From the NCBI GenBank assembly GCA_052279835.1, contig CP181291.1, forward strand, positions 5,472,001 through 5,536,000: 64,000 bases of DNA, in the 5' to 3' direction. Source of the stretch: Microcoleus sp. (GTDB taxonomy: Bacteria > Cyanobacteriota > Cyanobacteriia > Cyanobacteriales > Microcoleaceae). Shown here piece by piece: positions 29,601-38,474 of the stretch; the stretch's first letter is position 1; the number at the start of each line of letters is the position of its first letter. Below the pieces are notes generated by a model, which saw only the letters and a program-made list of their open reading frames with translations, did no database searches and was not told the origin of the DNA. The position numbers and the translations under genes were made by a program.

Positions 29601-30111
29601 ATGTTCCTTCTAGAAGATTAGGACTTTTGAGGCTGGGATTTTCTTGGGATAGGATGGTAGATAAGCCAAAGTCAATGATTTTTAATTGTCCGGTTTGAAG
29701 ATTCAAGACAATGTTAGATGAATTGAGATCTTTGTGAATGACTTTGTTTTGATGAACTTTGCCTAAAGCCTGTGTAATTTGGATGGCAAGGTGGAGAAAC
29801 TCTGATACTGAAAAGGTACGACGTTCCAGCAGAATTTTTAATGATTCTCCGCCAAAATCCTCCAACAACATGACTTGTGTGTTCTGATATTTTCGCAGTT
29901 CGTAGGCTTTAATTGTTTCCTCTATATTAAGACGGCAAGTGATTTCGTATTCCTGCTGATAGCGGTAGAGTTCGGCTGGTGTGGGGTAATCCTCTTTGAG
30001 GAGTTTCAAAATCACTGGTTGCTGATTTTGATTCAGGATGCCTCGGTATACGAGTGAATTAGCACTTTCGTAAATTTGGCTGACAATTGTGATATCTGGC
30101 AGTGAAATCAT
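23611..30111 (-). CDS. Hybrid Ser/Thr kinase - AAA ATPase - GAF - PAS - histidine kinase - receiver protein
   Basis: HKDLN/DFG/YISPE kinase, GYSGIGKS, GAF, MSHELRTPLN, GTGLGL, WMDMRMPVMDG. Confidence 0.95.
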   Translation of the reverse strand: MISLPDITIVSQIYESANSLVYRGILNQNQQPVILKLLKEDYPTPAELYRYQQEYEITCRLNIEETIKAYELRKYQNTQVMLLEDFGGESLKILLERRTFSVSEFLHLAIQITQALGKVHQNKVIHKDLNSSNIVLNLQTGQLKIIDFGLSTILSQENPSLKSPNLLEGTLAYISPEQTGRMNRVIDYRTDFYSLGVTFYELLTNQLPFESVDALELVHCHIAKQPTPPHEINSEIPLNVSEIVMKLMAKNAEDRYQSAWGIKADLKTCLAQSRTGEIKAFSLGYQDIYPQLQLPQKLYGRESQIESLLAAFVRVASGEEKKLGASNPTTNQSQNCQRQGQTELMLISGYSGIGKSALVQELYKLITQKSGYFIAGKFDQLQRDIPYQALVAAFQELVRQLLTETQPQLQQWQEQIQRALGSNGQIIIDVIPEVELIIGKQNPVPELPPTEAQNRFNLAFQNLIHVFCQKDHPLVLFLDDLQWTDSATLQLLQLIMTDFTTQYLFVIGAYRDNEVTATHPAMLTLSEMKKQGVVINHLSLSPLNLNQVNEFIADTLKTDRIQAQKLADLVWQKTQGNPFFIKEFLKSLYTEQLLKFDTNAGAWSWDLEQIITRNITDNVVEFMADKIQTLSESAQKVLRLAACIGNQFDLQTLSIINETSQKAAANELWDAIQSGLILPLGDGYKFLKTNRDANDLNITYKFAHDRIQQAAYSLIPPADKQAVHWKVGQLLLQNTPQQILQQKIFDIVNQLNFGIEAIDVQLERDKLAQLNLIAGKKAKASAAWKPAWNYLRLGINCLSADSWLRQYDLTLALYVETVEAAILSGHVEEMEKLADLVLQQTTSLLDKVKVYEVKIQAYTAQNKPLEAIETALSVLKLLGIRFPKQPTKLNIFLELAQTKLSLAGKLIEDLIDLPVMTDPYKLAAMRILSSVVSAAHFATPELLPLMVFKQVNLSIKYGNTSVSSCAYATYGLILSGETVGDIETGYQFGQLALLLLDNFHAKELKARTIFIVNYFVKHWKDHLRETLNPLQNAYSIALETGDLEYAAYSACVYCYHSYVLGKELATVEREMAMYSNTLSQLKQETSYYYNQLNRQVLLNLMGQAEDKCRLIGESYDEVKMLPLHLSANAQNICHSVYFYKLFLCYIFQDYQQAIENAKSAEKYSDSAVGTIPLYHFYNSLVHLAIYSDAPKSEQKLILQKVKANQKKIQKWAHFAPMTHLHKFYLVEAERYRVLGETTLAIEYYDRAIALAKEHEYLNEEALANELAGRFYLDWGKEQVAEVYMTNAYYCYLRWGATAKVRDLEQKYPQLLKRFTAARNSDKSRSSLSDNSDSSSGELLDLAALMKASQAISSEIELDKLLKTLMRTLLECSGAQIGYLILESQGKLLVEASGEANSDRVIVLPSTPIETCLPLSVINYVERTQKGLIQTNVSREGRFTQDAYIKTQQPKSILCAPLLNQGQLIGIVYLENNLADGVFTPDRLELIQLLSSQAAIALTNARLYTQVQSTQNRLNKFLNAIPLGISVHDAKGQIIYTNQVAQQLLNIQDLPKAETQQLSQTYGVYRAGTGEMYPVEQLPLVRSLGGAKARADDLEIHHSDGSIFVESTSTPIFDETGNVEYAIAAFQDISDRKQAEKTLIENVRLEQEISERKKTEAELELAKEAAVAANLAKSTFLANMSHELRTPLNAILGFSQLMNQDTNLLNEQKENLNIIHRSGDHLLTLINQVLDLSKVEAGRMTLSENNLNIHHLLADIEDMFALKANNKSLELRFECAVDVPKNIYADEVKLRQVLINLIGNAVKFTSSGSVSVEVKSKQAKAKNEAGTQITNNQQQTTITFEVKDTGLGMAADELEKLFQPFVQTASGQKVQQGTGLGLTISRQFVRLMGGEITVISGGKAFTPGMPLGELSDDTTAIPISGTTFQFDISVSIADGNQIQNQPYNRRVVALAPNQPPYRILVVDDQDDNRQLLVKLLKPLGFEVQEATNGMEALEIWNSYSPHLIWMDMRMPVMDGYEATKRIKGIIKGQGTAVIALTASVWEEEKAVILSAGCDDFVRKPFQKEVIFDIMAKHLDVSYIYHEPELPSSAYNVTGEPLNSTDLLAGISKKWIVKLHEAALDADSELVSQILEEIPEFAALELQTLRCWVKKFQFEKILDLTEPLVGES

Positions 30112-30385
30112 GTTGAAATTCGCTTTCGTACTTGTGAACTACAGCTTTTTTTGTCTCTAGTCTAAAAGGTAGAATTATGAGTAGGTAATATCTCTTACGA
30201 GTCTAACATTTTTCTTCAGGAGAATGTCAAGACTAATCTGCCTCCGATCGTGCTATAATCTGACATTAAGAGGACTTACGTACCAGTAGACCGAAACCTT
30301 GGTATGATATCTTTCATGGCAGTTATCTCAAGCCGACAAGTGAAAACGATATAATAATGGCTAAATGTTTTTAAAGGTAAACTGT

Positions 30386-30667
30386 ATGAAAATTACTCTC
30401 CAGCCTGAACACAAAAAATTCATTGAAATGCAGATTAAAAGTGGCAGATATCCTTCGGCTGATGATATAATCGCGGCCGCATTGGAACTCCTAACGCGCA
30501 GCAGCCAACAACAAGAGATGGACAGCCATCAAAAATGGGTAGAAGAAACGCAGCCCAAGGTAGCATTAGGAATAGCTCAACTCGATCGCGGTGAAGGAAT
30601 TGATGGAGAAATTGTTGTAGCGAGATTGCAGGAAAAATTCCGCAAAATGCGGGAGAACCAAAGATGA
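30386..30667 (+). CDS. ParD-like (CopG/RHH) antitoxin
   Basis: MKITL...KFIE.QIKSGRYPSA...G.AQLDRGEGIDGE; 4-bp overlap with the toxin gene. Confidence 0.85.
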   Translation: MKITLQPEHKKFIEMQIKSGRYPSADDIIAAALELLTRSSQQQEMDSHQKWVEETQPKVALGIAQLDRGEGIDGEIVVARLQEKFRKMRENQR

Positions 30668-30966
30668 GTCGCTACACGATCTCCCCAGAGGCTAGTCACG
30701 ATCTAGATGAAATCTCTGATTACTTTGCAAATCGAAATATTGAAGCCGGAGAACGGTTTGTTGAGGAATTTGATAAAAAGTGTAGGAATTTAATTAACTT
30801 CCCTAATATGGGTCGCAGTTATGAGGAAATAGATCCTTTTCTACGGGGTGTTGCTTTAAAAGGTTACATTATTCTGTATCGATCGCGCAACAACGCAATT
30901 GAAATTGTCAGGGTGGTGAGGGGAGAACGGGATTTACCGATGCTATTTTCTGATGATCGGGAATAG
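30664..30966 (+). CDS. ParE/RelE family toxin
   Basis: SPEASHDLDEI.DY...FPNMGR...YIILYR...EIVRVVRG.RD. Confidence 0.9.
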   Translation: MSRYTISPEASHDLDEISDYFANRNIEAGERFVEEFDKKCRNLINFPNMGRSYEEIDPFLRGVALKGYIILYRSRNNAIEIVRVVRGERDLPMLFSDDRE

Positions 30967-31171
30967 GGCGATCTAACTTTCTATTTGTCTTCCTACCTTT
31001 TATAGCCAATGCCAGAATTTAATCCCAATTCTCAAAAGTACCCGCTCGTGCTATCATCTGACATCAATAGGACTTATGCACGGGTGGTCAGAAACCGGGT
31101 TTTTTTGAGAATACTTCGTTAAAGTCCGCAGAAACCGCCAAAAACCCGGTTTATGCAGGTTTTGTGCGTAA

Positions 31172-31315
31172 TACCAATTTAATGTGAAGTTGCACATATC
31201 TCGATCCCCCTCGCATCCCCCTTAAGAAGGGGGACTTTGATCGGGATCTTGTCCCCCCCTTATTAAGGGGGGCTAGGGGGGATCTGATTCTACGGGGCCT
31301 CATAAAAAATTGGTA
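31172..31315. mobile_element. MITE, second copy of the 14513-14677 family, with TAA target duplication, inserted into a GGACTTACGCA-type repeat
   Basis: TAA at 31169-31171 and 31316-31318; starts taccaatttaatgtgaagttgca. Confidence 0.85.
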
Positions 31316-31357
31316 TAAGTCCCGATCGCTTTCATTCTAAATCGAGTGCGTGCAACT

Positions 31358-32062
31358 ATGCGAATCGGTAAAAATTTACAAAAGTTTCTGCTTTTGACAA
31401 TAGCCTTATTTTTCGCAGCATCGCTGCTGATTAACGTTACTAAATTTCACAATTTTTTAGGTTTTAACCGCGCTGACACTGAAGACAAAGTTGTGGCAAT
31501 CACCTACGATGACGGCCCCTATCCTCCCTATACCAATCAGCTTTTAGATGTTTTAGATCGCTACCAAGTTAAAGCAACTTTTTTTGAAATCGGCCGCAAT
31601 ATCGAGAAACACCCAGAAATTGTGCCGATGATTATTGCGAGGGGAAATGAGTTGGCAAATCATTCCTATTCTCACAAGGATATGATGTTTAAAGCCCGCG
31701 AGTATCTGCTGTCGGAAATTGCAAAAACGGACAAACTTTTGCGGGATTTAGGCGTTAAGCAGGATAGTATTAGTTTTAGACCACCTTGGGGTCGGAGATT
31801 TTTAGTTTTGTCTTATTTACTTTCCCAAATGCACAAAAAATTGATTATGTGGGATGTGGACTCCCAAGATTATGAAAAAACACACACCGTGGAAGATATT
31901 GCAAATCAGGTGATTAATCATGTGCGTTCTGGTTCGATTGTGGTGATGCACGATGGCGGAGGCGATCGCTCAAAAACAGTAGCAGCAACAGAGATTATTG
32001 TCAAGACTTTGCAGTCTCAAGGTTACAAATTTAAAACTGTTTCTGAGTTGCTAAAAAATTAA
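31358..32062 (+). CDS. Polysaccharide deacetylase (NodB/CE4)
   Basis: TYDDGP, NHSYSH, FRPPWG, VMHDGGG; N-terminal TM segment. Confidence 0.95.
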   Translation: MRIGKNLQKFLLLTIALFFAASLLINVTKFHNFLGFNRADTEDKVVAITYDDGPYPPYTNQLLDVLDRYQVKATFFEIGRNIEKHPEIVPMIIARGNELANHSYSHKDMMFKAREYLLSEIAKTDKLLRDLGVKQDSISFRPPWGRRFLVLSYLLSQMHKKLIMWDVDSQDYEKTHTVEDIANQVINHVRSGSIVVMHDGGGDRSKTVAATEIIVKTLQSQGYKFKTVSELLKN

Positions 32063-32068
32063 TATACC

Positions 32069-33277
32069 TTACGATCGAAGATTGTTGACCACGAAATCAG
32101 CAATCTTGATGCTAGCGCCCGATCGCCCCATTCTTTCTAAGCCATTCTTCGCGCACCGGGCTAAATAAGCTTCGTCTTGCAAAGTCCGATAGACCCCTAA
32201 AGCAGCTTCTTTAAGAACCTCGTGGTTCGCTGGTTGTTTGCCAAATACCTGTACCGATTCACCTAAAAGTCTGTGTTGAGCTTCCGCAAATCTATAGGTA
32301 AAAGATGGCCCGTTTCCGGCCACTGAAATTACAGGTTTTCCCAAGCCCACGGCTTGTTCTACCGCAGTTCCTGTCATGCCAATTACTAAATTAGCGCGTT
32401 GTAAAATATCTGCAAAAGCATCGGAATAGCAAAGGATTTCTACACCTAGTTTAGGTGAATAATTAGGTTTAATATCGGGGAAAATTAGTTTTCCTGAGTG
32501 ATTTTTCCAGCCAGACCGCCGGGCAATCTTATCTAATTCTGGCATCAAAGAGGGAACTAAAGCAGCGAGAAACTGGAGAGGTTGTGAACCTAAAGCTACT
32601 ATTTCTTTGACTAATTGTAGTAATAAAATAAAATTGTTAGTGGCTTCCGGGAGGCGAGAACCTGGGAGAAGGGCGACGGTCGGAACTTCCGGTATTAACT
32701 GCAAATCTTTGGCAGTAGAATGGAGGTTGTCCATGACTGGATTGCCGACAAATTGGGCTTTTTTTAAACCTTGTCGATTTAAGTCAGCAGCAGTCAAAGC
32801 GTCTCTGGTAAAGACCGCAAGACATTTAGGGGACGAGAGCAAACGCGGTAAGATGAAACCTAAATTGACTCGACCTTCATAATAACTAGAATGAGCGGAC
32901 AGAAAAATTATATAGGGGCGATCGGTCAAATGGGCGATCGCCGCAACTACAATATCCCCAGTGGCCACAACTAAATCGCAGTGGGGCGAATGCCTCCAAA
33001 CAGCTCGCAATTGCTGGCAAGTCAAAGCAATCAGCCCGGCCCCAATATCTTTGACCAAAAATATGGGATTCATGTAAAAAACGCCACCGGAGGGCATTTT
33101 ACTGGTAGGCCCAATCATCCGTACACCCGATCGGGCGTAAGCAGCCCCGTCACCGACAATGGGCATCGCTGCCACATCGACATCGCAGCCAGATGCTCTC
33201 AAAGCGGACAAAATTTGACAGTTAATCGCGTCTTCCCCATGGCCATTGCTGAGGAAGAGTACGCCTTTAAATTTCAT
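32069..33277 (-). CDS. Lipid-A-disaccharide synthase-related glycosyltransferase
   Basis: SNGHGED, LLPGSR, MTGTAVEQAVGLGKP. Confidence 0.85.
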   Translation of the reverse strand: MKFKGVLFLSNGHGEDAINCQILSALRASGCDVDVAAMPIVGDGAAYARSGVRMIGPTSKMPSGGVFYMNPIFLVKDIGAGLIALTCQQLRAVWRHSPHCDLVVATGDIVVAAIAHLTDRPYIIFLSAHSSYYEGRVNLGFILPRLLSSPKCLAVFTRDALTAADLNRQGLKKAQFVGNPVMDNLHSTAKDLQLIPEVPTVALLPGSRLPEATNNFILLLQLVKEIVALGSQPLQFLAALVPSLMPELDKIARRSGWKNHSGKLIFPDIKPNYSPKLGVEILCYSDAFADILQRANLVIGMTGTAVEQAVGLGKPVISVAGNGPSFTYRFAEAQHRLLGESVQVFGKQPANHEVLKEAALGVYRTLQDEAYLARCAKNGLERMGRSGASIKIADFVVNNLRS

Positions 33278-33387
33278 AGCATCAGAATCAAGATCGAGCT
33301 TTTTTTCCCTGAGTGGCGCGATCGCTACCTGCCAGCAGGCTACGATTTTGTTAATCTAATTTAAATACATTGTGGAAGTGAAACAGC

Positions 33388-34551
33388 GTGAATATTGAAA
33401 TTGGGCGGGGCAAAAGTGCTCGCCGAGCTTACGGCATAGATGAAATCGCGCTCGTACCAGGACAGCGCACCCTCGATCCGAGTCTGGCAGACACCAGGTG
33501 GCAGATTGGCGGGATCGATCGCGAAATCCCGATTATCGCCAGCGCCATGGACGGAGTAGTCGATGTCCGTATGGCCGTTTTACTGTCGGAATTGGGAGCA
33601 CTGGGAGTCCTTAACCTAGAAGGAATTTACACCCGCTATGCCGACCCCCAGCCAATATTAGAGCGCATCGCTTCTGTCGGGAACCACGAATTCGTCTCCT
33701 TGATGCAGCAACTCTATGCCGAACCGATCAAGCCAGAATTAATCACTCAGCGAATCAAAGAAATTAAAGAGGGAGGAGGGATTGCTGCCGTCAGCGCTAC
33801 CCCCGCGGGGGCGAGCAAATACGGCTCAACAGTTGCCGCCGCAGGAGCTGATATATTTTTCATACAAGCAACTGTAGTATCAACAGCTTTTCTGGCCCCG
33901 GAATCGGTAGCGCCTCTAGACTTAACTCAATTTTGTCAAGAGATGCCGATACCAGTAGTTTTGGGCAACTGCGTCACCTACGAAGTAGCCCTCAATTTAA
34001 TGAAAACAGGCGCTGCTGGCATTCTGGTAGGCATTGGACCGGGAGCTGCTTGTACTTCCCGTGGTGTGCTGGGTGTGGGCGTTCCCCAAGCGACAGCAGT
34101 AGCAGACTGTGCAGCAGCGCGGGACGACTACTATCGCGAAACAGGCAAATACGTGTCAGTGATTGCTGACGGTGGTTTAATTACCGGTGGCGATATCTGT
34201 AAGTGCATTGCTTGTGGTGCTGATGGCGTGATGATTGGTTCTCCCTTCGCTAGGGCCGCAGAAGCCCCCGGTCGTGGATTCCACTGGGGGATGGCAACCC
34301 CCAGCCCCGTTTTGCCCCGTGGCACTCGCATTCGAGTGGGGACAACGGGTACTTTGGAGCAGATTCTCCGAGGTCCGGCGCAACTAGATGATGGGACTCA
34401 CAACTTGTTAGGTGCTCTGCAAACTAGCATGGGAACCCTTGGTGCTAAGGACATTAAGGAGATGCAGCAAGTGGAAGTGGTGATTGCTCCTTCTCTGCTG
34501 ACGGAGGGTAAGGTCTATCAAAAAGCTCAGCAATTGGGTATGGGTAAGTAG
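33388..34551 (+). CDS. guaB: GuaB3-family IMP dehydrogenase
   Basis: [29 protein letters not shown]. Confidence 0.95.
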   Translation: MNIEIGRGKSARRAYGIDEIALVPGQRTLDPSLADTRWQIGGIDREIPIIASAMDGVVDVRMAVLLSELGALGVLNLEGIYTRYADPQPILERIASVGNHEFVSLMQQLYAEPIKPELITQRIKEIKEGGGIAAVSATPAGASKYGSTVAAAGADIFFIQATVVSTAFLAPESVAPLDLTQFCQEMPIPVVLGNCVTYEVALNLMKTGAAGILVGIGPGAACTSRGVLGVGVPQATAVADCAAARDDYYRETGKYVSVIADGGLITGGDICKCIACGADGVMIGSPFARAAEAPGRGFHWGMATPSPVLPRGTRIRVGTTGTLEQILRGPAQLDDGTHNLLGALQTSMGTLGAKDIKEMQQVEVVIAPSLLTEGKVYQKAQQLGMGK

Positions 34552-34656
34552 AAGTGCTTGTAACCTACAAGCTTACCTTTACAAATTTTGTGAGATAGTC
34601 TCGAAATTTACATAATGTTGTGGAATTATCGAGGAGGAGATGTCACAATAGAGTAA

Positions 34657-34727
34657 GCGGAGACACAAGTTTCCGTTCACTCCTCACACCACACTCCGCC
34701 CGAACTACTGTTTGGGCGGTTCCTTTT
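34657..34727 (+). ncRNA. yfr1: Yfr1 small RNA
   Basis: Conserved ACTCCTCACAC (34679-34689) between two hairpins, ending in a terminator; canonical position between guaB and trxA. Confidence 0.92.
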
Positions 34728-34934
34728 GTAACAAAGTTCTAGTTTTTAGTGGTTCAGTAAGGGTTTGAGGGTTTTGATGGCGGGTTGTCCCTCGATCGCC
34801 CACTTTCTACCTTGTCCCCTCTTCTTTGGACCTTGTGTCCTCTTGCTTCTTCCTCCTAAAATATTTAGTGCGACTGGTTACACTTTTTGCTAGAATTATA
34901 AACCGAGAAATAGTATTTACAAGGATGGCTAGGG

Positions 34935-35258
34935 ATGTCAGCAGCCGCGCAAGTAACCGACTCTACCTTCAAGCAGGAAGTGCTCGATAGCGAAGTTCCA
35001 GTTTTAGTTGATTTTTGGGCTCCTTGGTGCGGGCCCTGTAGGATGGTCGCCCCTGTCGTAGATGAAATTGCTCAGCAATTTGATGGACAGGTGAAGGTAG
35101 TAAAAGTTAATACCGACGAAAATCCTAACGTGGCTAGCCAATACGGTATCCGCAGTATTCCAACACTGATGATATTTAAGGGCGGTCAACGAGTGGATAT
35201 GGTGGTTGGGGCAGTTCCGAAAACTACTCTGGCTAACACTTTGGAAAAGTACATTTAA
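34935..35258 (+). CDS. trxA: Thioredoxin (m-type)
   Basis: [18 protein letters not shown]. Confidence 0.97.
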   Translation: MSAAAQVTDSTFKQEVLDSEVPVLVDFWAPWCGPCRMVAPVVDEIAQQFDGQVKVVKVNTDENPNVASQYGIRSIPTLMIFKGGQRVDMVVGAVPKTTLANTLEKYI

Positions 35259-35508
35259 CCACTTTTGAAGATCTACCACAATCTACCCAAATATATCCAA
35301 ATTGGGTAGTGACTGGGAGGTTGATTAACAGTTTCATGAGATATTCAAAGACCTTTCCTGGAATTAAGGACATCTTTGATAACAAGCAGCTTGCAGGAAC
35401 AGGATAGAACTTAGGTTAATTAATTCCTGAACTCTACTTGTGGCTGATGAGTCTGGTTGTACCCTTGATTTTCAGTTGCTATTAATTGTTGCAGTTGCAG
35501 AAAAATTC

Positions 35509-36576
35509 ATGATTCCTTCTCCGTCTGGCAAAGCTTTTGAATCTCTCCAGGCTAAGGTGATAGATTTGATTAATCACTTGCCTCTGTTGAAGCACCAAGA
35601 GTGGATCGGACGATCGCTCTCTACTCTAGTGAGAATAGCCGGAGAGGATCTAGATCGCCTAGACTGGAAAATTATCTCCGCATCTCTGGGAGATATGGAA
35701 AAGGCTTTCTCTATGTTTTATCCTTACCGTCACGTTCGCAAAATAGTGATTTTTGGTTCGGCGAGGGTGTCCCCGGAATCGCCAGAATATCAGATAGCCA
35801 AAGATTTTGCGACAGCCATTACCCAACAAGGGTTTATGGTGATTACTGGCGGTGGTGGGGGCATCATGCAAGCAGGAAATGAGGGGGCCACTGCGGAACA
35901 TTCTTTTGGACTAAATATTAATTTGCCTTTCGAGCAAGGTTCTAATCCTTTCATTGCCGGCGATGGCAAATTGCTCAATTTTAAATATTTTTTCACTCGC
36001 AAGTTGTTTTTTCTACGGGAAAGTGATGCTTTGGCTCTGTTTCCAGGCGGTTTCGGTACTCTGGATGAGGCTTTTGAGTGTCTGACTTTGATTCAAACGG
36101 GCAAGTTTGGACCCGCTCCTGTGGTGTTAATCGATCGACCAGGCGGCGATTATTGGCACGATTTGGATGCTTTTGTGCAAAAACAATTGCGGGCGAGGGG
36201 TTTGATTTCCGGGGACGATCGCAGTTTATATACGGTGACAGACAATGTGGAATTAGCCTGCGAGGCGATCGCCAATTTTTATCTAGTTTATCACTCGTGT
36301 CGCTACGTGAATGAAAAACTGGTAATTCGGTTGAAGTCTGAACTTTCTGATGATAGTGTCGAGCGGTTAAATACGGATTTCAGCGATATTGTAGTCAACG
36401 GTAAAATTGAAAAAAGTCAAGCTTTACAAGCAGAAGTCGGCGACGAAAGTTTCGATTTACCAAGGCTAATATTGCATTTCAACCAGCGACATATAGGCAG
36501 GCTATATCAGCTAATTGCTACTATCAATCAAATGGGTGCAGATTCCCCGGAAGCAGCCCATCCCGAACAAAAATAG
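35509..36576 (+). CDS. LOG family (lysine-decarboxylase-like) nucleotide-binding protein
   Basis: FGSAR, TGGGGGIM, PGGFGTLDE. Confidence 0.9.
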   Translation: MIPSPSGKAFESLQAKVIDLINHLPLLKHQEWIGRSLSTLVRIAGEDLDRLDWKIISASLGDMEKAFSMFYPYRHVRKIVIFGSARVSPESPEYQIAKDFATAITQQGFMVITGGGGGIMQAGNEGATAEHSFGLNINLPFEQGSNPFIAGDGKLLNFKYFFTRKLFFLRESDALALFPGGFGTLDEAFECLTLIQTGKFGPAPVVLIDRPGGDYWHDLDAFVQKQLRARGLISGDDRSLYTVTDNVELACEAIANFYLVYHSCRYVNEKLVIRLKSELSDDSVERLNTDFSDIVVNGKIEKSQALQAEVGDESFDLPRLILHFNQRHIGRLYQLIATINQMGADSPEAAHPEQK

Positions 36577-36594
36577 TGAGTAGAGGACTTATTA

Positions 36595-37254
36595 ATGAAA
36601 CTTTATCACACTCCCATTTCCCCCAACTCCCGTCGCGTGTGGGTGGCTCTGTTAGAAAAAAAACTGGACTTTGAATTAATAGAAATCCACTTAGATGGCG
36701 ATCACTTAGAGCCGGAATTTGTGGCAATAAATCCTTTTCACCGTATCCCTGTATTAATCGATGATGACTTCACAGTCGTGGAGTCTCTGGCAATTCTTGA
36801 CTATCTAGAAGCCAAGTATCCTGAACCGGCAATGCTGCCGAAAGAACCGAAGGATTTAGCAGTAGTCCGCATGGTAGAAATGGTCACGGTTAACGAACTT
36901 CTACCAGGAATTTACCCCCTCAGTAGTGAAAAAATGGGCTGGGGAACTCCTGAACCGGAAAAAATTGCAGAGGCTAAAGAAAAAGTCCACACAGTGTTGA
37001 CATTCTTTGAAGGTTTGTTGGACGATCGCCCTTTTTTCGGTAGCAATGATTTGACTTTAGCCGAGTGCGTAGCCGGTACAGTAGTGCCTTGGATGGCATG
37101 GGTGGGTGTTCCCTTGGATGGTTATCCTAAAATTCAAGCTTGGTGCGATCGACTCATGTCCCGTCCCTCATGGCAGCAAACTCAGGTGACGGAGGCAGAC
37201 TTGCTCGCTTTCAGCACTCGGAGAAAAAAATTTCTGGAGCAAGGTAATAGGTAG
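36595..37254 (+). CDS. Glutathione S-transferase
   Basis: SPNSRRV, INPFHRIPVL, ESLAILDYL. Confidence 0.92.
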   Translation: MKLYHTPISPNSRRVWVALLEKKLDFELIEIHLDGDHLEPEFVAINPFHRIPVLIDDDFTVVESLAILDYLEAKYPEPAMLPKEPKDLAVVRMVEMVTVNELLPGIYPLSSEKMGWGTPEPEKIAEAKEKVHTVLTFFEGLLDDRPFFGSNDLTLAECVAGTVVPWMAWVGVPLDGYPKIQAWCDRLMSRPSWQQTQVTEADLLAFSTRRKKFLEQGNR

Positions 37255-37356
37255 TTGGTAATTGGTAATTGGTAATGCCCTATACCATTCCCCCCTTGGG
37301 GGGGGCAGGGGGGGGTCAGGGGGGGTTCTCCATGACCCATGACCCATGACCTCATC

Positions 37357-38247
37357 TTACTTGCACATAATCAAATTGCCAGCAGATATAAATCCAGCCG
37401 CAGGGGCGGAAATTTCCACCCAATTACGATTTTCTCCATTCTTATCTTTCACAGACTGGTAATTGGGCACCAGCGTTACTTTGCCGTTAGCAGCCACGCT
37501 ACCTTTAATCGCAGAAGTTTTGGAAGCATCCGCGCGGATAATTAGACCATTTGGTGCTACACGAGGTTCTACTTGGCGGCACAGACTGACAGGGCCTGGG
37601 GCTGGCGCAGGCGCAGGTGCTGGGGCAGGTGCTGGGGCAGGTGCTGGGGCAGGTGCTGGGGCAGGTGCTGGGGCAGGCATCGGCGCTGGGGCAGGCGCAG
37701 GCGCAGGTGCTGGTGCTGGGGCAGGCATCGGCGCTGGGGCAGGCGCAGGCGCAGGTGCTGGTGCGGGGGTAGGCGCAGGCGCGGGTGCTGGGGCTGGTGC
37801 TGGGGCTGGTGCGGGAGAAGGACTCGGAGTCACGGCGCTTCCTGTGGTACAGGAAACTAAATTACCCTCGTTATTGGGATATCCAACTGCCACATAACCC
37901 TTTACCGGAGCGGTAATTTCCATCCAGAGGCGGCCGTCGGAGCCTTTAATGGTAGTCGCGCCGCTAGCCAAGGTTACTTGAGTGTTCATGGCGACACCGC
38001 CAACTCTAGCAGATTTGGTTTCTGGACCCTGGCGAACAGTCAAACCCTCTTTGGGAGTAACTTTCCGACAAAGGCTCCCAGCTTGGGCTATTTGAAAGGT
38101 GGGGCTATTTGTGAAGGAAATATTGTCGCTGATATTGGATGTTGATTCAGCTACCGCAGGGATGCTATTTGCGGGCAGACTACCGACGACGATCGCGATC
38201 GCGCTCAGCAATACAGCCGGTTTGTTCCAACAATTGATGTTTGTCAT
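37357..38247 (-). CDS. Secreted protein with two bacterial SH3-like domains joined by a long Pro-Ala linker
   Basis: Signal-like N-terminus; two CR.V....GL..R...W.EI.AP..G modules; (PA)n. Confidence 0.8.
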   Translation of the reverse strand: MTNINCWNKPAVLLSAIAIVVGSLPANSIPAVAESTSNISDNISFTNSPTFQIAQAGSLCRKVTPKEGLTVRQGPETKSARVGGVAMNTQVTLASGATTIKGSDGRLWMEITAPVKGYVAVGYPNNEGNLVSCTTGSAVTPSPSPAPAPAPAPAPAPAPTPAPAPAPAPAPAPMPAPAPAPAPAPAPAPMPAPAPAPAPAPAPAPAPAPAPAPAPAPGPVSLCRQVEPRVAPNGLIIRADASKTSAIKGSVAANGKVTLVPNYQSVKDKNGENRNWVEISAPAAGFISAGNLIMCK

Positions 38248-38474
38248 TACGTTCAACTCCTCAATTCACCACAATCATTATCTTAATTGCACGTCAATAT
38301 AGCAAAAAAGTGGATGGGTCTTTTGGTCTTTCCACATCTAGCTGTGTTTAACATTTTTAGGCAAATACGTCAATATTTATTCACATAAATTAATTTTAAC
38401 TCCTTGATGAAAGTCCCGACTTCTTTAAGAAATCAGAACTGTGGGTGTTTTGTTTTTTTTGTGTCTCTAGTTAT

